The notes beneath the pieces are model-generated. The model had not been told where the DNA came from, ran no database searches, and saw only the letters and a list, made by a program, of their open reading frames with translations. This document shows, piece by piece, positions 41,973 through 50,798 of a stretch of 64,000 nucleotides of DNA. The stretch comes from a bacterium. Lineage in GTDB: Bacteria; Zhuqueibacterota; Zhuqueibacteria; Residuimicrobiales; Krinioviventaceae. Position 1 is the first letter of the stretch; the number at the start of each line of letters is the position of its first letter. The translations under genes and the position numbers were made by a program. The stretch is taken from contig CAXXFV010000003.1 in assembly GCA_963674595.2 (NCBI GenBank), positions 192,001-256,000 of the forward strand, read 5' to 3'.

Positions 41973-42111
41973 TGTGTAAGATAGATTCACATAAAAAATG
42001 ATAATAGTACCACATGTATTATAACATGTCTTAAAATCATATAATAGTAAAAGGCCAAGCTTCTCCTAAATCAAAACCTACAAAATAACAGATTACACAA
42101 TAAGTTGTAAA

Positions 42112-42636
42112 ATGAAAGATTTTATAATGGACATTATCAAAATAGCTACCTCTGGCATATTTGGTATTTTAGGTATATTACTTGGATACTTTTTAAGCCG
42201 TAATAGTACCCAAAAAGCAGTTGACATGTCATTTGAAAAATTAAACATTATTATTGACAAACAAGAATTTATACGAGCTGCAAATAAGTTTCGTAATTCT
42301 TTTATAAAAGAAATCGTAGAGCTTGAAAAAATGGGTAATAATCCCCCCAAAGAAAGTGTTTATAAAGTTTTATTCGCTGCTCGTGATAGACATAAAAATG
42401 CAATGATAGATTTCAGATATTTCTTAAAAGGAGCTGATCTCGACAAATTCAATCAAGCTTGGATAGATTTTTCTGGAGATGATTATGAGAATCAAAATTT
42501 TAAAAAAAGTTATCAACAATATGATGTAAATGAAAACATAGAAAATATTTCTGAATTTGCATTGAAAAAACTAGCAATGAAAAATATAGATAAATTACTT
42601 GATTTTTCTAGACTTGAAAATCATAAAACCATATAA
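42112..42636 (+). CDS. Hypothetical protein with single N-terminal TM helix
   Basis: 174 aa, AT-rich; GIFGILGILLGYFL helix; 7 nt upstream of the SIR2-like gene. Confidence 0.75.
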   Translation: MKDFIMDIIKIATSGIFGILGILLGYFLSRNSTQKAVDMSFEKLNIIIDKQEFIRAANKFRNSFIKEIVELEKMGNNPPKESVYKVLFAARDRHKNAMIDFRYFLKGADLDKFNQAWIDFSGDDYENQNFKKSYQQYDVNENIENISEFALKKLAMKNIDKLLDFSRLENHKTI

Positions 42637-42643
42637 TAATAAA

Positions 42644-43555
42644 ATGATCCAAAAAAACACAGTGATTATTCTTGGGGCTGGGGCCAGCAAACCATATAAT
42701 TTCCCTCTCGGAGTAGAACTGCGAGATGAGATAATAAAAATAGGTGCAAATGATCGTGGACTAGAAGCTACTTTTTTTTCACAGATTACAGGATTTGATT
42801 CAGGATACCTATATAAATTTACAACAGATTTATCTAAATCTGGTTATTCTTCAGTCGACGCATTCTTAGAAAACAGGCCTGAATGGATTGAAATAGGAAA
42901 GCATACAATTGCACATAAACTGTTTTTTTATGAAAAAAATGCAAAATTATTTCCACCTGAACAACCAAAGGACCATTGGTACGAAACTTTATGGCATAAT
43001 ATGATGGCTCCAACGTGGGAAGAATTTAAATTAAATAAATTACAAATTATTACTTTCAATTATGATCGTTCTTTAGAACATTATCTATCAACTATTTTAA
43101 GTAACAATTATAATATCTCTAAAGAAGAGATAATTCCCTCATTACCAATTATACATGTTCATGGTGATTTAGGTTCTTATAAAAATTATGGGAACCACTC
43201 CTTTGAAAATATAAAATTTGCAGTTTCTTCTATAAAAATTGTACATGAAAGTAATAATTCTACAAAAGAATTTAAACTAGCTGATAAAATCATAGAAAAC
43301 GCGAAGTCAATTCTATTTATTGGATTTGGATACCATATACAAAATTTGATAAAATTTAAATTATTTAAATCTTATTATGAAAATCCCAGTTTAGCATTAC
43401 GGCATCAATATAACAATCTTTTAGGTACTCACAGAGGAATTAAGTCTAAAGCATGGACTAAAATTTGTGGACGATTTAATTTTTCAAGAGAAGCAAAAAA
43501 TCAAGGTGGTGGTTCAATATCGGAATTTTTATCCGAATCGTTGGATTTAGATTAA
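42644..43555 (+). CDS. SIR2-like (SIR2_2/AbiH-type) domain protein, candidate NADase
   Basis: VIILGAGAS..FPLG, IITFNYDRSLE, IIHVHG, LFIGFGY motifs. Confidence 0.8.
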   Translation: MIQKNTVIILGAGASKPYNFPLGVELRDEIIKIGANDRGLEATFFSQITGFDSGYLYKFTTDLSKSGYSSVDAFLENRPEWIEIGKHTIAHKLFFYEKNAKLFPPEQPKDHWYETLWHNMMAPTWEEFKLNKLQIITFNYDRSLEHYLSTILSNNYNISKEEIIPSLPIIHVHGDLGSYKNYGNHSFENIKFAVSSIKIVHESNNSTKEFKLADKIIENAKSILFIGFGYHIQNLIKFKLFKSYYENPSLALRHQYNNLLGTHRGIKSKAWTKICGRFNFSREAKNQGGGSISEFLSESLDLD

Positions 43556-43795
43556 TAAAAAAAGCCATACTTTAGATACTCGAATAAAAATGTATTGCTT
43601 TCCACCTAACCCCAATCATCCAAAACTCGATCTCCCTTACCGCAAAAATATCGAGTGCGTTCTAAAATTATCTTGAAGCAACTGACATTTTTCACTACAT
43701 TGTGCCTTAAAAATAATTGAAACAAATCCGGGCTGGAAATTTTGGTCCGGTTTTTTATATCCATAAAAATAATTCTATCTCAACAAGGACTTTTC

Positions 43796-44692
43796 ATGCT
43801 GCAAACCCATCTCGGAGAAATAGCCGCCCTGTTAACCGCTGTTTTTTGGACCGCTACGGCCCTGTCTTTCGAAAAAGCAGGCAAACTGATCGGCTCGTTG
43901 GCTGTAAACTGGATCCGCCTGGCAATGGGCCTGGTGTTTCTCTCCATTTTTACATTGTTCACCAGGGGCATGCTTTTTCCTGTGGATGCCACAGCCCATG
44001 CCTGGCTCTGGCTTGGCATTTCGGGATTAATCGGTTTTGTCATCGGAGACGTCCTTTTATTTCAGGCATTCGTACTGATCGGCTCCCGCGTCAGCATGCT
44101 GATTATGGCGCTGGTCCCCCCTATTACCACTTTAATCAGTTGGTTTATGATGGGCGAAACATTGACGGGCACAGACTTGTTAGGTATGGGCCTGGTTGTC
44201 AGCGGGATTGCCCTGGTGGTGCTTGAACGTCCAAGCGGAGAGAAAAACATCAAGCTGTCACACCCTGTTTCCGGACTTTTGTTTGCTGCCGGCGGCGCTG
44301 TCGGACAAGCCGTGGGATTGGTGTTCAGCAAGTATGGTATGGGCGATTACAATGCCTTTGCCGCCACCCAAATTCGGGAATTTGTGGGTCTTTTGGGCAT
44401 GAGCCTGCTCTACTTTCCTTTAAGGGCATGGGGTAAAGTGGGCCTGGGATTTAAAAATAAAAAGGGCATGCTTTATACCACCAATGGTGCCTTCTGGGGT
44501 CCTTTTCTGGGGGTTAGCTTCTCACTGTTGGCCGTTCAGCACGCCCTGGCCGGTGTGGCCTCAACCATCATGTCCATTGTGCCGGTGCTTATTATTCCAC
44601 CCGCCATCATTTTCTTTAAAGAAAAGGTCACGGTAAAAGAAATGACGGGCGCAATGATCGCCGTCATTGGAGTCGGATTGTTGTTTTTATAA
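43796..44692 (+). CDS. DMT/EamA transporter
   Basis: GEIAALLTA..W, SGLIGFVIGD..LF.AF..IG, FKEKV; about 10 TM. Confidence 0.9.
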   Translation: MLQTHLGEIAALLTAVFWTATALSFEKAGKLIGSLAVNWIRLAMGLVFLSIFTLFTRGMLFPVDATAHAWLWLGISGLIGFVIGDVLLFQAFVLIGSRVSMLIMALVPPITTLISWFMMGETLTGTDLLGMGLVVSGIALVVLERPSGEKNIKLSHPVSGLLFAAGGAVGQAVGLVFSKYGMGDYNAFAATQIREFVGLLGMSLLYFPLRAWGKVGLGFKNKKGMLYTTNGAFWGPFLGVSFSLLAVQHALAGVASTIMSIVPVLIIPPAIIFFKEKVTVKEMTGAMIAVIGVGLLFL

Positions 44693-45088
44693 AAAATTTG
44701 AACTATACAATTTAAAAAAATTGATCACCCAAATGGCTGCCTTATCTGCGGTCGTATAAAAAAAGTACCGCCTTTACAGGTATAAACCGATATATCGATG
44801 AAACGTTTCAATATTGATATTGCCGATTCCCTCCCTGAGATTGTCCTGAAATAACCTAATCGAATTTTATAATTTAATACTTTCCTTAAATTTAGGTTGT
44901 ATCATTAAAAAACAATTATTAAAATAATCGACGGAAATTAAAATTTTACTCTGAAAAATAGTAAAAATTAGTGCTTTTATTTTTGATCAATGATATTCTA
45001 TAAAATTTAAATAATGGTAACGGATTCGGAATTTCAATTTAAAAAGCAGGCAAAGACCTGTTTGACAAAATTGTTAACAGGATCGGTT

Positions 45089-47047
45089 ATGGGCAACAAA
45101 TTATTTATAAAAAACATTATTTTTGTATTATTTTTAATTACAATTACAAATTGTAATATGGCTTTTTGTGCTGAAGAGCCGGTCCTCAAATGGAATTACA
45201 ACCAACCTCCGTTAAAATGGGGATACAACGATTTGAATAATGACGGCACTCCGGAAACATTATTGTATACATGGAACGGGAAAACGGTAATTTTTGTCAA
45301 CGATGACGGTCAACTACCCTGGAGCGCTGAACAGGAAAATCAGGACTGGAATGCCTATTTTAATAAAGCATTTAATGTAGAACAAAATCCACCGGTTATG
45401 TGGAACCCGATACGCAATAACTGGGGTAATTATACAATTTTAGTAGACAAGGACAGCTCAGGCAGATTTGACGACAACAATGACTTTTATTACAAAGCAA
45501 TGGACCTGAACAATGACGGGCAGCCGGAAGCAGAATTTTTAGTCCCTTTTCCGGGTCGTTCCGTATGGGGCAAACCATACTCAGCAAAACTGCATATCAA
45601 CCTGAACGGTGAAAACGATATGTGCTACCTTTCCTGGAAAGATTTTTTCTACCCGGATGAACAAACGTATACAGACGGCTTCAAATACATTATGAACATC
45701 CACGGCAGCGGCCTGTTTATGAATTGCTATCGTGCCGATATCATCAAAAGCTGGGAGAATCCAATTGCCTGGTATGACTTTGATTTTGACGGACGAACGA
45801 ATATGGTGATGCGATGTGCGGACACATTTCCCGGCGAGAATGGCCATAGAGGAGCAATCGGAGAAGCAGAATTTGCCTTTGAACTAAATTCCAAAACTTC
45901 TGAAAAGCTTTGGAGTGCTTTGGATTTACAATTGACATACTATGACAGTACGCAGGGTTTTGATATTTCCAAATATGCCGACAGAATTGAAAAAATTAAA
46001 GGCCTTAAAGAAGCCGATTTTTTATCCGAAAAATTACTGGCCCATCGGCAGGAAGCGCTTAGGCTGACGGTACCTTACCTTGACGGTTATATGATAATGA
46101 CAGATTATAACGACTGGGAAGGGGCCTGGTTTATTTTTGATGAAGACGATGAAGACGTCCGCTGGGAGGAGATGTTTAGCGTTCATGAAAAAATTAACGG
46201 CGAGTTTTCCGACCGAATCGGCGACCGCTGGGAACACGACAAAGACTTTTCCGGCAAAGGAAAGCTTTATGTTGGAAAATTTGACGGCAGAATCCATTTG
46301 TTTGGGGCGGATGAAGGATATTGGGAGATAGACTACCTGGGTTTATATCATGGAAGTTGTGACCGGGGAAAAACCAAAGAAGGCCCGAAACCGCCAAAAG
46401 GTTTAAAATATCCGTTGGTACGATATTACGACAGTGATAAAAATGGATTTATCGATAAAATAGAATATTCAACGGTTGAATATCAAAATGAAAGACAATC
46501 AAAAAATGTGGTCAAAATCATCAATCTTTTTGATTATGTCACAGCCGAAAATCCACATCCAGATGTATGTGAACTGTTTAATCCAAAAGTAGATGTTCCA
46601 TTAAAAGGATTTAAAATAGAAAACTGGGATGCCCAGTCCTTGCAAGCAAAAGATTTTGAAAACAGCCCAATCAAAGCAGCCTATGATAAATTTTATAAAT
46701 TCTATGGAACTGTTGGTGAAAATCTCTGGAACGATGCGGAAAAATTATATGCCGTTGCAAAAAAACATAACCTTAACCAAAGTGAAAATGCGGACAAAGA
46801 TTTAAAAATCCATTATACCAGGGAAAAATTATCAACATTTAAGGTACTTGATATTCCTTCGGGTTACTCCAGACATTTACAGGCAAACGAAAGACACGAA
46901 AAATATAGGAACGGTTTTTGGCTAAAAGAAAAGGTCTTTGACGATATATTAAAAGCACTTTCGGATGAGGAAAAAATTCAAGCATGTAGTTATTATTACC
47001 GGAATGAAACAGACAGCCTTTGTAAATATTTAGACAGCAGGTTTTAA
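45089..47047 (+). CDS. Secreted hypothetical protein with repeated DxDxDG-type Ca2+-binding loops
   Basis: DLNNDG (twice), DKDSSG, DFDFDG, DSDKNG; signal peptide; start could be 45014. Confidence 0.78.
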   Translation: MGNKLFIKNIIFVLFLITITNCNMAFCAEEPVLKWNYNQPPLKWGYNDLNNDGTPETLLYTWNGKTVIFVNDDGQLPWSAEQENQDWNAYFNKAFNVEQNPPVMWNPIRNNWGNYTILVDKDSSGRFDDNNDFYYKAMDLNNDGQPEAEFLVPFPGRSVWGKPYSAKLHINLNGENDMCYLSWKDFFYPDEQTYTDGFKYIMNIHGSGLFMNCYRADIIKSWENPIAWYDFDFDGRTNMVMRCADTFPGENGHRGAIGEAEFAFELNSKTSEKLWSALDLQLTYYDSTQGFDISKYADRIEKIKGLKEADFLSEKLLAHRQEALRLTVPYLDGYMIMTDYNDWEGAWFIFDEDDEDVRWEEMFSVHEKINGEFSDRIGDRWEHDKDFSGKGKLYVGKFDGRIHLFGADEGYWEIDYLGLYHGSCDRGKTKEGPKPPKGLKYPLVRYYDSDKNGFIDKIEYSTVEYQNERQSKNVVKIINLFDYVTAENPHPDVCELFNPKVDVPLKGFKIENWDAQSLQAKDFENSPIKAAYDKFYKFYGTVGENLWNDAEKLYAVAKKHNLNQSENADKDLKIHYTREKLSTFKVLDIPSGYSRHLQANERHEKYRNGFWLKEKVFDDILKALSDEEKIQACSYYYRNETDSLCKYLDSRF

Positions 47048-47211
47048 TTTCCCCTTGATGATAGGATGAATGAAACATTATAACGGTAGTAATGAGCTAA
47101 AAATGGGTACAGTTGTGGGTCTGGCCCATTTTTTTACTCTATAAAATAATAAACGAACATATAATATTCATGCATACCACTTCACCCACTCTCTTAAAAA
47201 ATCTAATAGTA

Positions 47212-47452
47212 TAAAAATCCCTTGCGCTGATTTTGAATAATTCGTATTATTCTTTTATCAGGGATAAATGATAATTTTTCAGGACAATTGGTCGAGCACG
47301 GATGTTCCTGATTTACTTTTATCTCACTTTCCATTTTTCAAATACGGGATATAACAGCACACACGAGGAAGAGACGGCACTTTTTAAAAAGCCAGCTTTC
47401 TCTAGTTAATGAACTAAATTGTTGCTGGGAAAAATATAAATAATGTGTTTAG
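47212..47452 (+). repeat. Copy C of dispersed promoter + structured leader element
   Basis: TTGCGC(47222)-17-TATTAT(47245); ATCAGGGAT(47257)/GTTCCTGAT(47304) stem. Confidence 0.85.
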
Positions 47453-47517
47453 ATAAAAAGTATATGAAAATGATTTGATAATTAACAACTCTAATTCGAC
47501 AAGTTGGGGAGAAACCA

Positions 47518-49413
47518 ATGAATGGACTAAAAAAATCTGTATTAACAACTATCTTGTTGTTATTAATATTTTCATGTAAAAAAGATCTTTCCACTGATTA
47601 CAAGAAAACAATCAGTTATCCTGTCTATATTTCAACGATTGCTGTTCCTCATACAAACTGGATGTGGCAATATCCCAAACCCCAGGGCAATACACTTAAT
47701 TCCGTATTCACAATTAATGAAAATGAAATTTGGGCGGCTGGTGAAGCCTCAACAATACTACATTCAAAGGACGGCGGTAAAAACTGGTCAGTAAAATCAT
47801 TTCAATCAGAGGAAAGCTTTTTTGATATTTTTTTTCTGAACGAAAATATCGGCTGGCTGGCCGGAACAAACGGCATCATTTTCAACACATTGGATGGCGG
47901 TGAAAGCTGGCAGTCACAATTACTGGATGTTAATAACTGGGTAATCAGTATTTACTTTATCGACGAAAATAATGGATGGGCTGTAGGTTATGATGGCTTG
48001 ATTGCAAATACAATTAACGGCGGAGAAACCTGGCACACAAGTTTTTATAGCGGCGCTACCTGGTTTTATTGCGTTTATTTTCAAGATATAAATCATGGGT
48101 GGATCGTCGGTGACAAAGGCACAATTCTTTATACAGACAATGGCGGCAAGACGTGGGACAAACAATCCTCCGGTACCACGGAAAAACTTGACGATATATG
48201 TTTTATAGAAAACAAAGGATGGATCGCCGGTCATTCCGGAGTGGTTTTGTCCTCTGCCAATAATGGAAAAAGCTGGCATCAGGCTGGTAATACGAATTCC
48301 AACAGAAATAGCAGCATTGTCTTTACCGATCAAAATAATGGCTGGATTGTTGGTAGGCGGTCGGATAATATTTTCCACACAACAAATGGTGGGAATACCT
48401 GGACGGCTCAATCAATTGATGGGTTTGAAGGTCTTTTATCTGTTTCCTTTATTAATGAAAATAAAGGATGGGCAGTCGGTAAAAACGGACTGATGTTCTT
48501 TACCGAGGATGCCGGCGATACCTGGCAAATGTTTTCAACACATCGTAAAACAGAGTGGTTTGAAAGCATTTTCTTTATCGATTCGAAATTCGGGTGGACT
48601 GCCGGCGGCAGAGGTGAAATTCTATGCACAACAGACGGCGGACAAAACTGGGATGATATATCTCCGGACATTACCCACAATCTTTGTGATATATTTTTCC
48701 TGGATCACAACAACGGCTGGGCTGTAGGCGGTTCATTGGGTAAAGATATTATCATTCACACAAATAATGGTGGTAAAAACTGGGACATCCAATCTGTTGA
48801 TACCTATAGTTATCTGAATAGTGTTTTCTTTATTGACCAAACAACCGGGTGGGCAGCGGGCACGGATGGTACTATTTTACATACTGAAAATGGGGGTGAG
48901 AACTGGACAGATCAATCTCCCGGAATTGATATATGGCTGGAAACCATCCAATTCCTGGACAAAAATACAGGCTGGGCCGCCGGTCACGGCAGAACAGTTG
49001 AAGGACACAAAAGTCACATTTTTCACACAAAAGATGGCGGTATAACATGGTCTCCTCAAATAATAAATTCAAGTTATATCTGTGATATTTATTTCAAGGA
49101 CACACAAAATGGCTGGGCAGTCGGCACTGATAGATATATTCATTATACAAAGGACGGCGGGCAAACATGGCAGGAAAGCCAGAATTTTAACGAAATTAAC
49201 TTATTAAATAGCGTATGTTTCGCAAATAATTCTACGGGATGGGCAGGCGGTTACCATGGAAGGATGTTTAAAAGCACAGATGCGGGTAACCATTGGGACC
49301 TTCAATTTATAAATACCTGTACAGACATAAATTCGCTTTATTTTATGGATGATAAAACAGGATGGCTGGTTACAACAAATGCAATTTTGCATACAACCAC
49401 AGGTGGTGAATAA
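47518..49413 (+). CDS. YCF48/BNR-repeat beta-propeller lipoprotein
   Basis: FSC lipobox; about 14 repeats of F.D...GW.VG..G.I..T.DGG..W. Confidence 0.9.
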   Translation: MNGLKKSVLTTILLLLIFSCKKDLSTDYKKTISYPVYISTIAVPHTNWMWQYPKPQGNTLNSVFTINENEIWAAGEASTILHSKDGGKNWSVKSFQSEESFFDIFFLNENIGWLAGTNGIIFNTLDGGESWQSQLLDVNNWVISIYFIDENNGWAVGYDGLIANTINGGETWHTSFYSGATWFYCVYFQDINHGWIVGDKGTILYTDNGGKTWDKQSSGTTEKLDDICFIENKGWIAGHSGVVLSSANNGKSWHQAGNTNSNRNSSIVFTDQNNGWIVGRRSDNIFHTTNGGNTWTAQSIDGFEGLLSVSFINENKGWAVGKNGLMFFTEDAGDTWQMFSTHRKTEWFESIFFIDSKFGWTAGGRGEILCTTDGGQNWDDISPDITHNLCDIFFLDHNNGWAVGGSLGKDIIIHTNNGGKNWDIQSVDTYSYLNSVFFIDQTTGWAAGTDGTILHTENGGENWTDQSPGIDIWLETIQFLDKNTGWAAGHGRTVEGHKSHIFHTKDGGITWSPQIINSSYICDIYFKDTQNGWAVGTDRYIHYTKDGGQTWQESQNFNEINLLNSVCFANNSTGWAGGYHGRMFKSTDAGNHWDLQFINTCTDINSLYFMDDKTGWLVTTNAILHTTTGGE

Positions 49414-49562
49414 AAAAGATGTGCTGGTATTCATTATAAAGCTTTTGTATTTCATCAATAATTATCTAGCTGGACTCGGCCTTTAGGCTACGTTATAAGT
49501 AATAAATATCAGAACGTTCGAAGACATTTTTAAAACAAAACGTAAAAAAAGTGAGGAATACA

Positions 49563-50069
49563 ATGAAACGCTTATTCCTGTACAGATTTTATTTAATCTA
49601 TTTGTTACTTTTTTTCTTTATCAATTGCGAAAAAGATACAGTTACGGTTCCTGATGAATTAAAACAAGAGTCTGAAATAATTGATACAAGCCAGCATTCC
49701 ATGATGATTCATCTGGACAAAACAGAATACAAAAAAGATGAAATTGCCAAAATAACTGTTACAAACATTTTAAAAAAAGATTTAATTTTAGGCCACTGTG
49801 CTTTTAATATAGGATTTGACATTGAAAAAAGAATAAATAGAAAATGGGAAATGCCTTATACAGTAACCTGCCTTGCAATAGGAGAGCCGTTTTATATAGC
49901 ACAAGATTCAACATTAAAAGGCTCGATTCATTTTCCAATTTTTGAAAATGAACTTGACAGCGTCGAAGGTTATTACCGTCTTAAATTATGGCTCCAAGAT
50001 GCTCAAGAAAGAACTTTGATAGCTGATTCTTTAAGAGTATCAGATCCTATTAAAATAGTATCTGACTAG
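49563..50069 (+). CDS. Hypothetical lipoprotein, Ig-like
   Basis: FINC lipobox; LDKTEY..G.YRL pattern. Confidence 0.72.
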   Translation: MKRLFLYRFYLIYLLLFFFINCEKDTVTVPDELKQESEIIDTSQHSMMIHLDKTEYKKDEIAKITVTNILKKDLILGHCAFNIGFDIEKRINRKWEMPYTVTCLAIGEPFYIAQDSTLKGSIHFPIFENELDSVEGYYRLKLWLQDAQERTLIADSLRVSDPIKIVSD

Positions 50070-50209
50070 ATAAAAACATTAGCTAAAACCTGGCAAAAAG
50101 TTAATCTAAAGAGATTTAATTAAATACCATTCAAACTTTCCAAATAATCCTATTATATTAATACCGGGTTACAGATATTATTTTTAAAATATGAGGTGGC
50201 ATATTGATT

Positions 50210-50260
50210 GAAAATTTATTACAAAAATCCCTTGCACACTTTTTTTATAATTTGTACTAT
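50210..50260 (+). promoter_or_regulatory. Member of repeated promoter family
   Basis: CAAAAATCCC-TTGCAC(50232)-17-TACTAT(50255). Confidence 0.72.
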
Positions 50261-50270
50261 CATCATATAG

Positions 50271-50759
50271 ATGTCAGCCATATTAAATAATCCAAATTTT
50301 ACTCTAGTGTTTAAAATGCATAAAGTTCCATCTGAAAAAGACTGGGGAAATTATAAAGAAAATTTTGATTCTTTATATGCCTATGAAATGTTCTTTGGTA
50401 AAACCAATGATGACATGCAGGAAAGCTTTCAGGTAAACGTTATCGAACGGGTCGATAACTTACGATGGATGCCGGTAAAAGCATTTCGATACTATATATT
50501 TGGATTAAAAGATTATGTTATGAACGGTGCTTTTGAATTTTCGGACGAGGCAGATGCTTCATCATGTTTTCTGGACCTCATCATAGAAAAACAGGAAAAT
50601 CAGTCCGATTATATTTATCCTGTTTTACAGGATTTAATGGAAGCAATCGAGTATGTCGGCAAACATCAATCTGAATTTGATGCTGATGAAAACATATATG
50701 GCAATTTTAAAGAAAAACTGGAAAGAATTAAAGAGCTGGAAAAAACGTATAAACAATAA
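50271..50759 (+). CDS. Hypothetical protein
   Basis: 162 aa; PSEKDWG, FFGK, LRWMP.KAFRYY, FDADENIYG; start 50271 or 50316. Confidence 0.75.
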   Translation: MSAILNNPNFTLVFKMHKVPSEKDWGNYKENFDSLYAYEMFFGKTNDDMQESFQVNVIERVDNLRWMPVKAFRYYIFGLKDYVMNGAFEFSDEADASSCFLDLIIEKQENQSDYIYPVLQDLMEAIEYVGKHQSEFDADENIYGNFKEKLERIKELEKTYKQ

Positions 50760-50798
50760 ATACTTTACTCTCATATCAAAAGCGCTAAAGACGGAAAA

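Noticed and set aside
47268-47354. 28-codon ORF MIIFQDNWSSTDVPDLLLSHFPFFKYGI in leader copy C as a leader peptide or type I toxin
   Set aside because: That start codon is absent in copies A and B and their frames contain earlier stops or indels; not fully excluded as an ancestral coding sequence
47640-49410. Periodic DNA similarity suggesting a repeat array or CRISPR
   Set aside because: Explained by protein-level YCF48/BNR repeats within one ORF
49430-49505. attC-like site ending CGTTATAAG before a lipoprotein gene
   Set aside because: No convincing complementary core or extended palindrome, no integrase, no repeated attC at other gene boundaries
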